From: Clostridiales bacterium
GTDB lineage: Bacteria > Bacillota > Dehalobacteriia > UBA7702
Assembly (NCBI GenBank): GCA_040766505.1
Contig: JAXGQJ010000007.1
Coordinates: 21,232-85,231, forward strand
Direction of reading: 5' to 3'
DNA length: 64,000 bases
A program made the position numbers and the translations under genes. The notes beneath the pieces are model-generated. The model ran no database searches. It saw only the letters and a program-made list of their open reading frames with translations, and was not told where the DNA came from. Shown here piece after piece: positions 21,974 to 31,307 of the stretch. Every line of letters starts with the position of its first letter. Within the stretch, counting starts at the first letter, position 1.

Positions 21974-22807
21974 ATGACGGCCGAAGAAATTAAAAAGATC
22001 AATGCCCTCGTACCCATCAAAGGGAAAATCATCAAAATCAACCAGGAAACCTCGGACACCAAGACCTATACCATCACCGCCGAAGACGGCACGAAGCCCT
22101 TTGCCCCCAAGCCCGGTCAGTTGGGGATGCTCTCCATCCCCCAGATCGGCGAGGCGATGTTCTCCATCACCCACCAGGGGGAAAACACCATCGATATGGC
22201 GATCAAAAGCGTCGGCGCGCTGACCAATGCCCTCTTCGAAGTTGAGGAAGGCCAGGAATGCGGCATCCGCGGCCCCTATGGCAACGGCTTCCCGCTGGAC
22301 AAATGCAAAGGCCGGGACATCCTTTTCATCGCCGGCGGCATCGGCCTCGCGCCGGTGCGCAGCCTGATCATGCACTGCATCGAAAACCGGGCCGATTATG
22401 GCAAGCTGACGGTGGTCTACGGCGCCCGCTCCTATGGGGATCTGGTTTTTAAAGACGATATTCTGGAAAACTGGCCCAAAGTGGAAAATATGGACGTTTT
22501 CGTTACCATCGACCGGGGCGAAGAATGCTGGAAGCAGCATGTCGGCTTCGTTCCCGCCTATGTGGAGGAGCTGAATCCGGCGCCGACGCTGACCTTCGTC
22601 TGCGGCCCGCCGATCATGATCAAATTTACCCTCCAGTCGCTGATGAAGATGGGGTATGACGAGGACGAAGTCATCACCACGATGGAAATGCGCATGAAAT
22701 GCGGGATCGGCAAATGCGGCCGCTGCAATATCGGCAGTTGCTTCGTCTGCCTCGACGGCCCGGTCTTTACGATGCGGGAAATGAACGCGCTGCCCCCGGA
22801 ATATTAA
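21974..22807 (+). CDS. AsrB/FlxA-like FAD/NAD(P)-binding oxidoreductase with a C-terminal 2Fe-2S
   Basis: 277 aa. FNR-like fold (LFIAGGIGLAPVRSL) and CGIGKCGRCNIGSCFVCLDGP. Confidence 0.75.
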   Translation: MTAEEIKKINALVPIKGKIIKINQETSDTKTYTITAEDGTKPFAPKPGQLGMLSIPQIGEAMFSITHQGENTIDMAIKSVGALTNALFEVEEGQECGIRGPYGNGFPLDKCKGRDILFIAGGIGLAPVRSLIMHCIENRADYGKLTVVYGARSYGDLVFKDDILENWPKVENMDVFVTIDRGEECWKQHVGFVPAYVEELNPAPTLTFVCGPPIMIKFTLQSLMKMGYDEDEVITTMEMRMKCGIGKCGRCNIGSCFVCLDGPVFTMREMNALPPEY

Positions 22808-22828
22808 GAACGGAATGACAGATGCAAA

Positions 22829-23574
22829 GAGGGAATGGCCGCATGGCCATTCCCTCAGATATATAAAATTCAAGTCATTCTGTAGACAAACTCCCTGCGC
22901 AGCGACCTTGGACGATCCGCAAAAGGATTTTGGGAAAGATCGGTAACCGTTACATGGAACGTGGCGTCGAAAAATTTATTGTGTAGCAGGGGATCGTCTG
23001 AAAGGGGGCCAGGCCCCGCTTTCAGGTATCTCAATTTATAGCGCCGTAGGCGCGTCAGCTTGTAGACTTTGTCTACAAGCGAGGGAATGGCCGTATGGCC
23101 ATTCCCTCAAACTGAAGAAAAACTCCCTGCGCAGCGACCTTGGACGATCCGCAAAAGGATTTTGGGAAAGATCGGTAACCGTTACATGGAACGTGGCGTC
23201 GAAAAACTTATTGTGTAGCAGGGGATCGTCTGAAAGGGGGCCAGGCCCCGCTTTCAGGTATCTCAATTTATAGCGCCGTAGGCGCGTCAGCTTCTTGACT
23301 TTGTCTACAGTCTGAGGGAATGGCCGCATGGCCATTCCCTCAAACTGTAGACAAACTCCCTGCGCAGCGACCTTGGACGATCCGCAAAAGGATTTTGGGA
23401 AGGATCGGTAACCGTTACATGGAACGTGGCGCCGAAAAACTTATTGTGTAGCAGGGGATAGTCTGAAAGGGGGCCAGGCCCCGCTTTCAGGTATCTCAAT
23501 TTATAGCGCCGTAGGCGCGTCAGCTTGTAGACTTTGTCTACAAGCTGAGGGAATGGCCGCATGGCCATTCCCTT
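22829..23574. repeat. tandem array of 3 near-identical ~232-bp non-coding units with 4 copies of a 28-nt perfect palindrome
   Basis: 170-nt cores at 22891-23060, 23123-23292 and 23356-23525 differ at only a few positions. The palindrome GAGGGAATGGCC-GCAT/GTAT-GGCCATTCCCTC lies at 22829-22856, 23081-23108, 23314-23341 and 23547-23574. A TGTAGAC-TTT-GTCTACA motif sits next to it. Confidence 0.9.
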
Positions 23575-23854
23575 TCGTGTACCATCGGAAGCCCCGGTAC
23601 GGCGCTTCGGGCCTGTTGATGCCATCGCCTATTGTGGTTTGGGCCATGCCGCCGGGGGATTTTGTTGTCTTGACGGGCGAGAGATGGTATGATAAAGGTA
23701 AAGAAATCATATGTGGCCAAGATGGCCGTGTTTCGGGGGATTTGCTTTGCCGTCGGCGGCGGCGAACCGCTTGTGGCTGGCGGCGCCAAAGAAAAAAGCG
23801 AGGCATCCGCAACATTCCACGATGGCTATGCGTATCAGTGATAGGTGGGTGTAT

Positions 23855-24745
23855 ATGAAAGACCAAAAACGGGTGGCGGACGCGCCATATTCCAATGCGA
23901 ACCGCTACAATCGACATAGATCGGGCCGGCGGGCGGCGCGCCGGAAAAGAAGGGCCGCCATCGTCGCCTTGGTTTTGGTGTTCGCCGCGCTGGTCGGGAT
24001 CGGAGCCTGGTACGCCGCGCGAAACACGGCGATGTTCGGCGGCGGTTCGACGGCCCGCTCCGGCGCATATGACAGCCCCTATGCGGCCCCGGCCAGTGCG
24101 CAGCAAATCGATGCCTTGCTTGAAAACCGGGAGGCGTATCCCGCGGAACTTAGGCAGCTGCTGGAACGCAATTCCGAAACCTTCGACTATGTAGCGGATT
24201 ATCTCAATGCCGGTGATTATCTCGGGCAGCCGTATGCATTTGAGGTTCAAAAGGGTGTGATGCCGCATTTGTTGCAGTGGGACAAGAGGTGGGGGTATGC
24301 GCAGTACGGCGATGCCATGATGGGATTAAGCGGCTGCGCGCCGACTTGCCTGGCGATGGTTTCCGCCCAGCTTACGGGCGATGCGTCCCAGGATCCGCTC
24401 ACCATAGCGAAATTGAGCGAGGCGGCGGGCTATTTTGTGTCCGGCGCCGGAACCTCTTGGGAGATGCTCCGCGTGGGATGTGAGGCCATCGGCATCAAGG
24501 CGAAGGCGCTGCCGCTGAATGAAAAAAAGATCAAGGACAGCCTCTACAGCGGACATCCCGTTATCTGCAGCGTTGGCCCCGGCGACTTTACATCGGCCGG
24601 ACATTTTATTGTTTTGTATGATGTGTCAAAAAGCGGCGAATTGATGGTAAAGGATCCGAACAGCATAAAAAACACGCTGGTCACATGGCGTTATGACAGA
24701 ATCGTAAGCCAAATCAAGGCCCTTTGGGCCTATGAGGAAAAGTGA
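23855..24745 (+). CDS. membrane-anchored C39-like (YvpB-type) cysteine peptidase
   Basis: ATG at 23855 after AGGTGG. N-terminal basic stretch plus TM (AAIVALVLVFAALVGIGAWY). Peptidase_C39-like core LLQWDKRWGYAQYGDAMMGLSGCAPTCLAMV...GHFIVLYD. Confidence 0.7.
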   Translation: MKDQKRVADAPYSNANRYNRHRSGRRAARRKRRAAIVALVLVFAALVGIGAWYAARNTAMFGGGSTARSGAYDSPYAAPASAQQIDALLENREAYPAELRQLLERNSETFDYVADYLNAGDYLGQPYAFEVQKGVMPHLLQWDKRWGYAQYGDAMMGLSGCAPTCLAMVSAQLTGDASQDPLTIAKLSEAAGYFVSGAGTSWEMLRVGCEAIGIKAKALPLNEKKIKDSLYSGHPVICSVGPGDFTSAGHFIVLYDVSKSGELMVKDPNSIKNTLVTWRYDRIVSQIKALWAYEEK

Positions 24746-25095
24746 ACCGGGCATCGCTCTGTCTGCTTTCCGAAAAAACGGTTTGGGCGGCCATTTTTTT
24801 CTTCCCTCACCCATTCATCCACGGCCGCATTTTTTTTGTGCAATACCCGTTCATATCTTCCGGCCCCGGGTTTTCCATCCGGCGGAGGAACTGCCCGCCC
24901 TTTGGCCCATATGGTTGATTGCTCCGATACCCAAGGATTCATGCGAGAAAAGATCATGGCGGGCTTGGAGATGCCGCCAAACGGCCGGGTCTGCGTCTTA
25001 TACAATGCTGCGGTGAATGGAAGGCCCAGGAAAACCGGCACAGCCTCCTCATGCGGTTTATGCCGCGCGGGGAGGCCCTTTCCTTTCCCGCCGCT

Positions 25096-25620
25096 TCATA
25101 AAAACCATTTTGTCGGCAGGAAAAAGAGATAGGGGGCGGTGCAGATGGCGAGGGATAGGGCCAACCTTTTCTTCTGTTTGGCCTCCAAGTTCAGCTTTTT
25201 AAAACTGATTTTGAGATTGAAAATGTAGACCAGCAGCCCCGCCAATGCCACGCCCAAGGCGACCCAGAGAAAGCCCGCCAGCGAAGAAAAGGGGTGAAAG
25301 AAAACCGGCGCATACAGATTGTGATAGAACCATTCGTGGGCTTTGGTCGGGGAGAGAGAATTGAGAATGAACCCGGGAAGGAAAAGCCAGACCGCGCCGA
25401 TCAGGTCGGCGAGAAAGCCTAAGCCCCAAACCTTCAAAATCGCTTTTTTGTATTTGCCCCATTTTTCCGTTATGCCCAGGCATTTCATGGCCAGAACCAG
25501 GACGAGACTGTCGATAAGGAAATTGGCCGGCAGGGAAATCAACCAAGCCGGCGGGTAAAGGAAATACAATAACCAGACCGGGAAGATGACATTGTATAGC
25601 TTCGTTTCACGCTTTTTCAT
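25096..25620 (-). CDS. small polytopic membrane protein, uncharacterised (paralog B)
   Basis: 174-aa ORF with about 4 hydrophobic helices. It shares FPxW...LPxNFLIDSLxL...KxxILKxWxLGFxADxxGAxW and a C-terminal KKRLxLxLAIxTxPYxFxLP with 25681-26223. Confidence 0.7.
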   Translation of the reverse strand: MKKRETKLYNVIFPVWLLYFLYPPAWLISLPANFLIDSLVLVLAMKCLGITEKWGKYKKAILKVWGLGFLADLIGAVWLFLPGFILNSLSPTKAHEWFYHNLYAPVFFHPFSSLAGFLWVALGVALAGLLVYIFNLKISFKKLNLEAKQKKRLALSLAICTAPYLFFLPTKWFL

Positions 25621-25680
25621 TTGCGCCTCCCTTTCTGTTTTTATGCCGTGTTTGTTTTTGCGTATTCTTTTATGGCCGCT

Positions 25681-26223
25681 TTAAAAAAACCATGTCATGG
25701 GCAGATAGAAGATATAGGGCGTGGTAAAAATCGCCAGAAACAGGGAAAGCCTTTTCTTTTGCCTCTCCGTCAAATCCAGCTTTCCTAGGCTGATTTTGCG
25801 GTTGAAGATGTAGATCAAAAACCCCGCCAGCGCTACGCCCAAGGTAACCCACAGAAAGCCCGGCAGCGTTTCAAAGGGATGGAAGCTGGTGGGATGTACC
25901 AGCTGCTCCTCCAGCCAGCGCAATGGGCCCTCGCCCAAAGGCGGCTTTATCCAGTTGACCACAAGAAAGGGAAGGGCCACCCAGGCCGCGCCGACGATAT
26001 CGGCGGCGAAGCCCAACAACCAAATTTTAAGGATCGCGTTTTTATAGACGCCTTTTTTCGCCGGTATGCCGAGGAGCTTTAAACCGATCCAGAGGGCGAG
26101 GCTGTCGATCAGAAAGTTCAACGGCAGTGTGAAGAACCAAAAATAGGGATAAAGCCACAGGAACCAAAAGGGAAAGACCGCATTGTACAGTATGGTATCC
26201 CGTTTTTCGTCTTTTATTGCCAT
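25681..26223 (-). CDS. small polytopic membrane protein, uncharacterised (paralog A)
   Basis: 180-aa ORF collinear with 25096-25620. 60-nt spacer between the two. Confidence 0.7.
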   Translation of the reverse strand: MAIKDEKRDTILYNAVFPFWFLWLYPYFWFFTLPLNFLIDSLALWIGLKLLGIPAKKGVYKNAILKIWLLGFAADIVGAAWVALPFLVVNWIKPPLGEGPLRWLEEQLVHPTSFHPFETLPGFLWVTLGVALAGFLIYIFNRKISLGKLDLTERQKKRLSLFLAIFTTPYIFYLPMTWFF

Positions 26224-26312
26224 GGTTTTCCTTTCCCGGCGTTTTTTATTGCCGCTTGCGCCGTGGGCATTGCCATCGTGTGGAAGGCGGCGTTGGAACG
26301 CAAGAAAAACGG

Positions 26313-26555
26313 CTATTTGATTTCCTGTTCCAGCCCGCGAAAGGCGTCGGTATTAAAAAAATCCGGCAGCGTGATCTCTAAGCCGTCGCATAGCTTTTTG
26401 ATCGTGACGACACCGGGATTCTGTGTTTCCCCGTTCAATATGCTTTTGATGGTGGATTGCGGCACCGCGGCGCGGTAACTTAAAGCATTGGGGGTGATGC
26501 CCCGCTCCCGGCACAGCCCGGCGATCCTGGCGGCAATGGCCTGCCTCGTGTCCAT
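26313..26555 (-). CDS. XRE-family helix-turn-helix transcriptional regulator
   Basis: 80 aa. IAARIAGLCRERGITPNALSYRAAVPQSTIKSILNGETQNPGVVTIKKLCDGL is a Cro/C1-type HTH. RBS AAGGAGG. Confidence 0.85.
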   Translation of the reverse strand: MDTRQAIAARIAGLCRERGITPNALSYRAAVPQSTIKSILNGETQNPGVVTIKKLCDGLEITLPDFFNTDAFRGLEQEIK

Positions 26556-26579
26556 AAAACGCCCCTCCTTGGTGTTGAA

Positions 26580-26635
26580 TCACTAGCAAAAGCATATACA
26601 AGGGAGGGGGATTTTGTTAGTGATATAGCACTAGC
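26580..26635. promoter_or_regulatory. candidate operator set upstream of the XRE gene
   Basis: TCACTAGCAAAA (26580-26591) and TTTTGTTAGTGA (26612-26623) form an 11/12 inverted repeat. A third GCACTAGC lies at 26628-26635. Confidence 0.45.
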
Positions 26636-26875
26636 CGATGGCTTTGTATGGCCACCGGTGGTATACCGCCGGTGGTGGAAGGATGCACTTTGCTGCCGGA
26701 TGAAAAAAATGTATTTTCAATCGGCGGCGCAGGCGGGGAACGCCGTCAAAGCCCTTCCGGCCGCCCAAAGGCAGGGGATGGGTTGAAAGGCAATGCCGGT
26801 CATTGCGTTAAAGGCCGGGGAGCCGGAAGCGGCCGGCGGCGACGAATAGGGGCCGTGACAAATATGGCCGCGCTT

Positions 26876-28608
26876 TCAGCGCCTCTGCGCGGCATACAGC
26901 CGGGCATACCGGCCGCCCTTCGCCAGCAGTTCCGCATGGCTTCCCACCTCGGCGATGCCGCCGCCTTCCAGCACGACGATGGGGTGGGCCCGGCGGATTG
27001 TCGAAAGCCGGTGGGCGATGAGCAGCGTCGTCCTATTTTTGGCGATGTCGTCCAGGGCCTCCTGTATTTCCCATTCCGTTTGCCCATCCAGAGAGGAGGT
27101 GGCCTCGTCGAGAATGAGGATCGGCGCATCCCGCAGCACCGCCCTGGCGATGGCGAGCCGCTGTTTTTGGCCGCCGGAAAGCCGCACCCCCCGCTCGCCG
27201 ATGACGGTATCATAGCCATATTCCAGGGCCGCGATGAAGCTATGGGCATTGGCGGCTTTGGCGGCGGCGACCACTTGATCGTAGGCGGCGTCTTTCCGGC
27301 CATAGGCGATGTTTTCATAAACGGTGCCGTAAAACAGAAAGGTGTCTTGCAGCACCATGCTGATATTGTCCCTAAGGCTTTGCAGCGACAGCGAACGGAT
27401 GTCGACGCCATCCAGGTAAACCGCGCCCTGCTGTGGGTCGTAAAAGCGGTTGATCAAGTTGGCGACGGTTGTTTTCCCTGCCCCTGTCGTTCCCACCAGC
27501 GCCACGGTTTCCCCTGCCCCGACGGTGAGGTTGAAACGGGACAATACCGGCGCATCGGGCCGGTAACCAAAGGTGACGTCGGCAAATTTCAATTCACCCT
27601 TGGCCCGCCCCAGAACCCGGGGATTCGCCACCTCCGCCACGTCCGGCGCTTGGTCGAGCAGATGAAACACCCGTTTACAGCCGGCCAGGGCCTTGCCGCC
27701 CATGTCGACATTGCGGGAAAGGCTGTCCAGCGGCTTATAGAACAGGGAAAGGTACATGACGGTGGCGACGATGTCGCCAATACCGGCGCTTCCCGCCGCC
27801 ACCATACGGCCCCCGGCGATGATCACCGCCACGGAGCCCAAAGCCGTCAAAAAGGCGATCAACGGATAGCTGGTTTCAAAGAAAAACCTTGCTTTAAGGT
27901 ACAGTTTGCTATGGCGCGCCGCCACTTTCGCCACCCGCTTTTCCTCATCTTCCTGCCGGTTGAAAATCTGGATCTCCTTGATCCCGGCGAGATTGTCCTG
28001 CACCGCCCCGGCGAGGATGCCCCGGGCTTCGGCGCTTTGCCGCCAGATCGGCGACAGGCGCTTTGTTTGCCAAAGGACGACGGCGAATAAAAACGGCAAT
28101 GAAACAAGGCTGATGACGGCCAACTGCCAGTGGATGACGAAAAGCAGAACGCCGACGCCGGTGAAGGTTAAAAAATTGACGGCGGTTTCCGGCAGCACCC
28201 TGCCGAGCAGCAGTTCCGCATCCATCGCATCGCTGACCACCCGCCCCGTCAATTCACCGGTGCGGCTCTGGTGAAAATAGCGCAGGCCCATCTGTTGCAG
28301 GCGGCTATATACCCTGGTTCTAAGATCCGCCACATAATGGAGGGAGGCGGAATGGTTCAGATAGCCGGCGGCGGAGGTTCCCACCGCTTTCACCGCGGTG
28401 GCGGCCAGCAATAAAAGGGCGATTCGCAGCGCTCTCGGCAGCAAAGCGATCCGGCGCTTCGATGGCGAGGTTCGTCAGCGCCCGCATCGCCCAGGGAGCA
28501 TAAAAACCGGCGGCGGTGGCGGCGACGGTGCAAAGCAAGGCCAAAGCCAGCCGGGGCCGGTAGGCTTTCGTATCCTGAAACAGGCGGCGTAATGTCGGAA
28601 TGGCGCAT
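26876..28608 (-). CDS. ABC exporter, fused permease/ATPase (MsbA/type-I exporter-like); frameshift near the 5' end, start uncertain
   Basis: Walker A GTTGAGKTT, signature LSGGQKQRLAIARA, Walker B ILILDEATSSLD. N-terminal 6-TM domain. The N-terminal ~90 codons lie in the frame of ORF 28320-28646. Confidence 0.85.
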
Positions 28609-28891
28609 CCTCCTTCGCGGCACGTTTTGCTCCCGGGGCCGCGCAAAACGGTTTTCCCCAGTATAGCATAAAACGGCAGGCGGCAAAAGCGGGGCCTGAA
28701 AAAGACCGGCGGGTTCCGTCCCTTCGCCTTCGCCCCCTCTGTTTTATGCTCTGCGCGGCGAAATCATGCGGAAAAAAGAGAAAATCCCGGCATTCCTCCG
28801 GGAAAGGCTTGTGTTTTTTCTTGTCATGCTATAAAATAAGAATATTAAGCGAAAATAAGGTTCCGGATATCCAATATAAGGAGGCACAAAA

Positions 28892-29899
28892 ATGGCGAGA
28901 ATGTATTATGACAATGACGCGGATCTTTCCTTTTTGCAGGGGAAGAAAATTGGCGTCATCGGCTACGGTTCCCAGGGCCATGCCCAATCCCAGAACTTGA
29001 AGGAAAGCGGCCTCGATGTGATCGTGGCGGAATTGCCCGGCTGTCCCAATTGGGAGCAGGCGGTTCGGGACGGAATGGCGGTGATGACCTCGGCGGAACT
29101 GGCGAAGCAGGCCGATGTGATTCAGATCCTGGCCCCCGATGAATTGCAGGCCAGAATTTATAAGGCGGATGTGGCCCCCAATCTCAAGCCCGGCATGGCC
29201 CTCGTTTTTTCTCACGGCTTCAACATTCATTTTTCCCAGATCATCCCGCCGCCGGAAATCGATGTGATCATGGTGGCGCCGAAAGGGCCCGGCCATCTTG
29301 TCCGCCGCACCTTTAGCGAGGGCAGCGGCGTGCCGGCTTTGATCGCCATCTACCAGGACGCTTCCGGCAAAGCGAAAGACGTTGCCCTGGCCTGGGCCAA
29401 AGGCATCGGCGGCACCCGGGCCGGCGTTATCGAAACCACCTTTAAGGAAGAGACGGAAACCGACCTGTTCGGTGAACAAACGGTGCTCTGCGGCGGCCTT
29501 TCCCACCTGTTGAAGGCCGGTTTCGAAACCCTGGTGGAAGCGGGATACCAGCCGGAGATCGCCTATTTTGAATGCATCCATGAAGCGAAGCTGATCATCG
29601 ACCTGATCTATGAAGGCGGCATCTCCACAATGCGCTATTCCATCAGCGATACGGCGGAATGGGGCGACCTCTCCGTCGGCCCCGACATCATCGACGCCGG
29701 CGTGAAAGAACGGATGAAAACGGCGCTCGAAAACATCCAAAATGGCAAGTTCGCCAAAGAATGGATCGCCGAAAACCAAGCGGGTAGGCCCCAATACCAT
29801 GCGCTGCGCCGCCAAGGCCAAGAGCATCAGGTTGAACAGGTTGGCGCGGAATTGCGGAAGATGATGCCGTTTATTAAGGCCACCGTAAAAATCAAATAA
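28892..29899 (+). CDS. ilvC: ketol-acid reductoisomerase
   Basis: 335 aa. [40 protein letters not shown]... Confidence 0.95.
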   Translation: MARMYYDNDADLSFLQGKKIGVIGYGSQGHAQSQNLKESGLDVIVAELPGCPNWEQAVRDGMAVMTSAELAKQADVIQILAPDELQARIYKADVAPNLKPGMALVFSHGFNIHFSQIIPPPEIDVIMVAPKGPGHLVRRTFSEGSGVPALIAIYQDASGKAKDVALAWAKGIGGTRAGVIETTFKEETETDLFGEQTVLCGGLSHLLKAGFETLVEAGYQPEIAYFECIHEAKLIIDLIYEGGISTMRYSISDTAEWGDLSVGPDIIDAGVKERMKTALENIQNGKFAKEWIAENQAGRPQYHALRRQGQEHQVEQVGAELRKMMPFIKATVKIK

Positions 29900-29928
29900 C
29901 CCCGGAGCGCCGATAAGGCGCACATAGC

Positions 29929-30135
29929 GTCGTTGTAGCCGAGGGGCCGGATCCTCACATACCCCAAGTATGGTTCGGCCCCGGCCCCCCGACTGCGCCT
30001 AGCTCTGCACACCTTCTCGGCGCTCCGGTTCCAGGTTTCCGATAGACGCCCGGCGGCGTCATTGTCAGCAAAGGCCGAGGCCCCATGTACGTCCAAAAGT
30101 ACGCATCGGGCCCCGGCCTTTGGCTTGCGCCTAGC
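29929..30135. repeat. two copies of the long-hairpin repeat family (locus A)
   Basis: A1 spans 29929-30004 and A2 spans 30035-30135. Each has CGTC(G/A)TTG, a 60-70-nt imperfect hairpin with a GGCCGG...CCGGCC core, and GCGCCTAGC. They lie between the convergent ilvC and tauE-like genes. Confidence 0.8.
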
Positions 30136-30328
30136 TCCCGAGCGCTTCTCATAACCCCGGGAGGTTGTACGGTTTGCGGGTTGGCGGCGGGTACTTTTTG
30201 CGGTTTCAATGCTTTGCGGCCCCGCCGGGTTGGGGCGGGGCCGCAAAGATTGTAAGGATATCGAAGGGGCCGGCGGCGGTTCCGGGCTTGGGGGCGGGAA
30301 TCGCCGCCGCTGGCAAATAGCGGTGGGA

Positions 30329-31273
30329 TTATTCGGCGGCGGTGGCGGCTTCCAATTTTTCCACTTTGGCTTCCGTGGCGGTTTCCGCGGCGGGGGCCGG
30401 TTTCTTTTTCAGCGCCGAATAGAACATCATGATGGAGGTATAGACCAACACGCAAACAACGATCCAGGTCAAAACGTAAAGGGGCAGTTCTTTCACGACA
30501 TAAACGGCGAGGATGACGCCGATGGTGCCGGCGATTTGGCCGACGAGATTGGCTTTAAGATCCAGCGCGCCTTCTTTCAAAAAGCGGAACCCGGCGGCGG
30601 GCATCAGGAAGGTATAACCGCCGAACATGATCGGAAATGCCGCCCGGGGGCTCATCCCCATGGCATAGCAGACCGCCATCATCGGCGCATAACAGCCGAT
30701 GCCGGCGGCGGCCAGCATACCGAAGATAAAGAAGATTATGGTGCTGGCGATCAGACGCCACCCGGCGAGGCCGATGGCTTCACCGCCGGCGGGCCAAACG
30801 CCGATTTGGCGCAATACCATCGTTGTGGCGACGATCAGAAGGCCGGTGCCGAGAATGATCTGAATCGGCTTTTCCGGAAAATGGGAAACATATTTCGCGC
30901 CGATGGCGGCGCCGGCGGCCACCGCCGCGATCAAACAAATGAGGGTGATCGGATCCACCTTCACGATGGTGACGAAAAGCAGCGTCTCCACGGTGCTGGG
31001 GATCAGCGTGCAGGTGTTTAGGGTGCCGGGGATCAATTTGTCCGGCACAAGCCGGAAGAGTTTAAAGAGCGCGGTCTGCGGCGCATTGCCGCCGATGCCC
31101 AAAGCATCGAAAAACATCGTGCCGCCGATGACGGCCCCCAACCCCGCGGTGCTGGCATTGGATATCTTATCCCGGTTTTTCTTTGCATAGCGGACGAGGG
31201 CGGTGCCGTATAATGTGGCGCAAAGAATCGCGCCGACTTGGATCATGCGAATGAGGATGGTGCCCATAATCAA
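30329..31273 (-). CDS. TauE/SafE (DUF81) family anion permease
   Basis: 314-aa polytopic ORF with the duplicated glycine-rich DUF81 pattern (GLGAVIGGTMFFDALGIGGNAPQTALF and IFGMLAAAGIGCYAPMMAV). It starts 34 nt after the mttB stop. Confidence 0.65.
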   Translation of the reverse strand: MIMGTILIRMIQVGAILCATLYGTALVRYAKKNRDKISNASTAGLGAVIGGTMFFDALGIGGNAPQTALFKLFRLVPDKLIPGTLNTCTLIPSTVETLLFVTIVKVDPITLICLIAAVAAGAAIGAKYVSHFPEKPIQIILGTGLLIVATTMVLRQIGVWPAGGEAIGLAGWRLIASTIIFFIFGMLAAAGIGCYAPMMAVCYAMGMSPRAAFPIMFGGYTFLMPAAGFRFLKEGALDLKANLVGQIAGTIGVILAVYVVKELPLYVLTWIVVCVLVYTSIMMFYSALKKKPAPAAETATEAKVEKLEAATAAE

Positions 31274-31307
31274 TTTCCCTTTCTTATGCTTTCTTCATGT
31301 TTAACCT

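Noticed and set aside
22954-22986. 10-codon mini-ORF (MERGVEKFIV; MERGVEKLIV in unit 2) present in every repeat unit. In the solo copy 2 of 3 substitutions are synonymous.
   Set aside because: There is no Shine-Dalgarno sequence. Within the array the peptide itself varies (L/F, V/A). Three substitutions are too few to infer selection. I kept it only as a note.
22829-23574. CRISPR array: a regularly spaced 28-nt palindromic repeat
   Set aside because: The ~205-225-nt segments between the palindromes are copies of one another, not unique spacers, and are far longer than CRISPR spacers. No cas genes are nearby.
23036-23625. Minus-strand ORFs of 99 and 106 aa inside the repeat array, as a repetitive protein
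   Set aside because: Each repeat unit contains a stop. The ORFs overlap and only restate the repeat. They have no RBS. In the solo copy this frame accumulates non-conservative changes (H to Y, K to N, T to A).
24745-25096. Small precursor-peptide gene between the C39-like peptidase and the membrane-protein pair (for example ORF 24836-25132)
   Set aside because: There is no RBS, the composition is Arg/Pro/Gly-rich, and the ORF overlaps the 3' end of the minus-strand membrane-protein gene.
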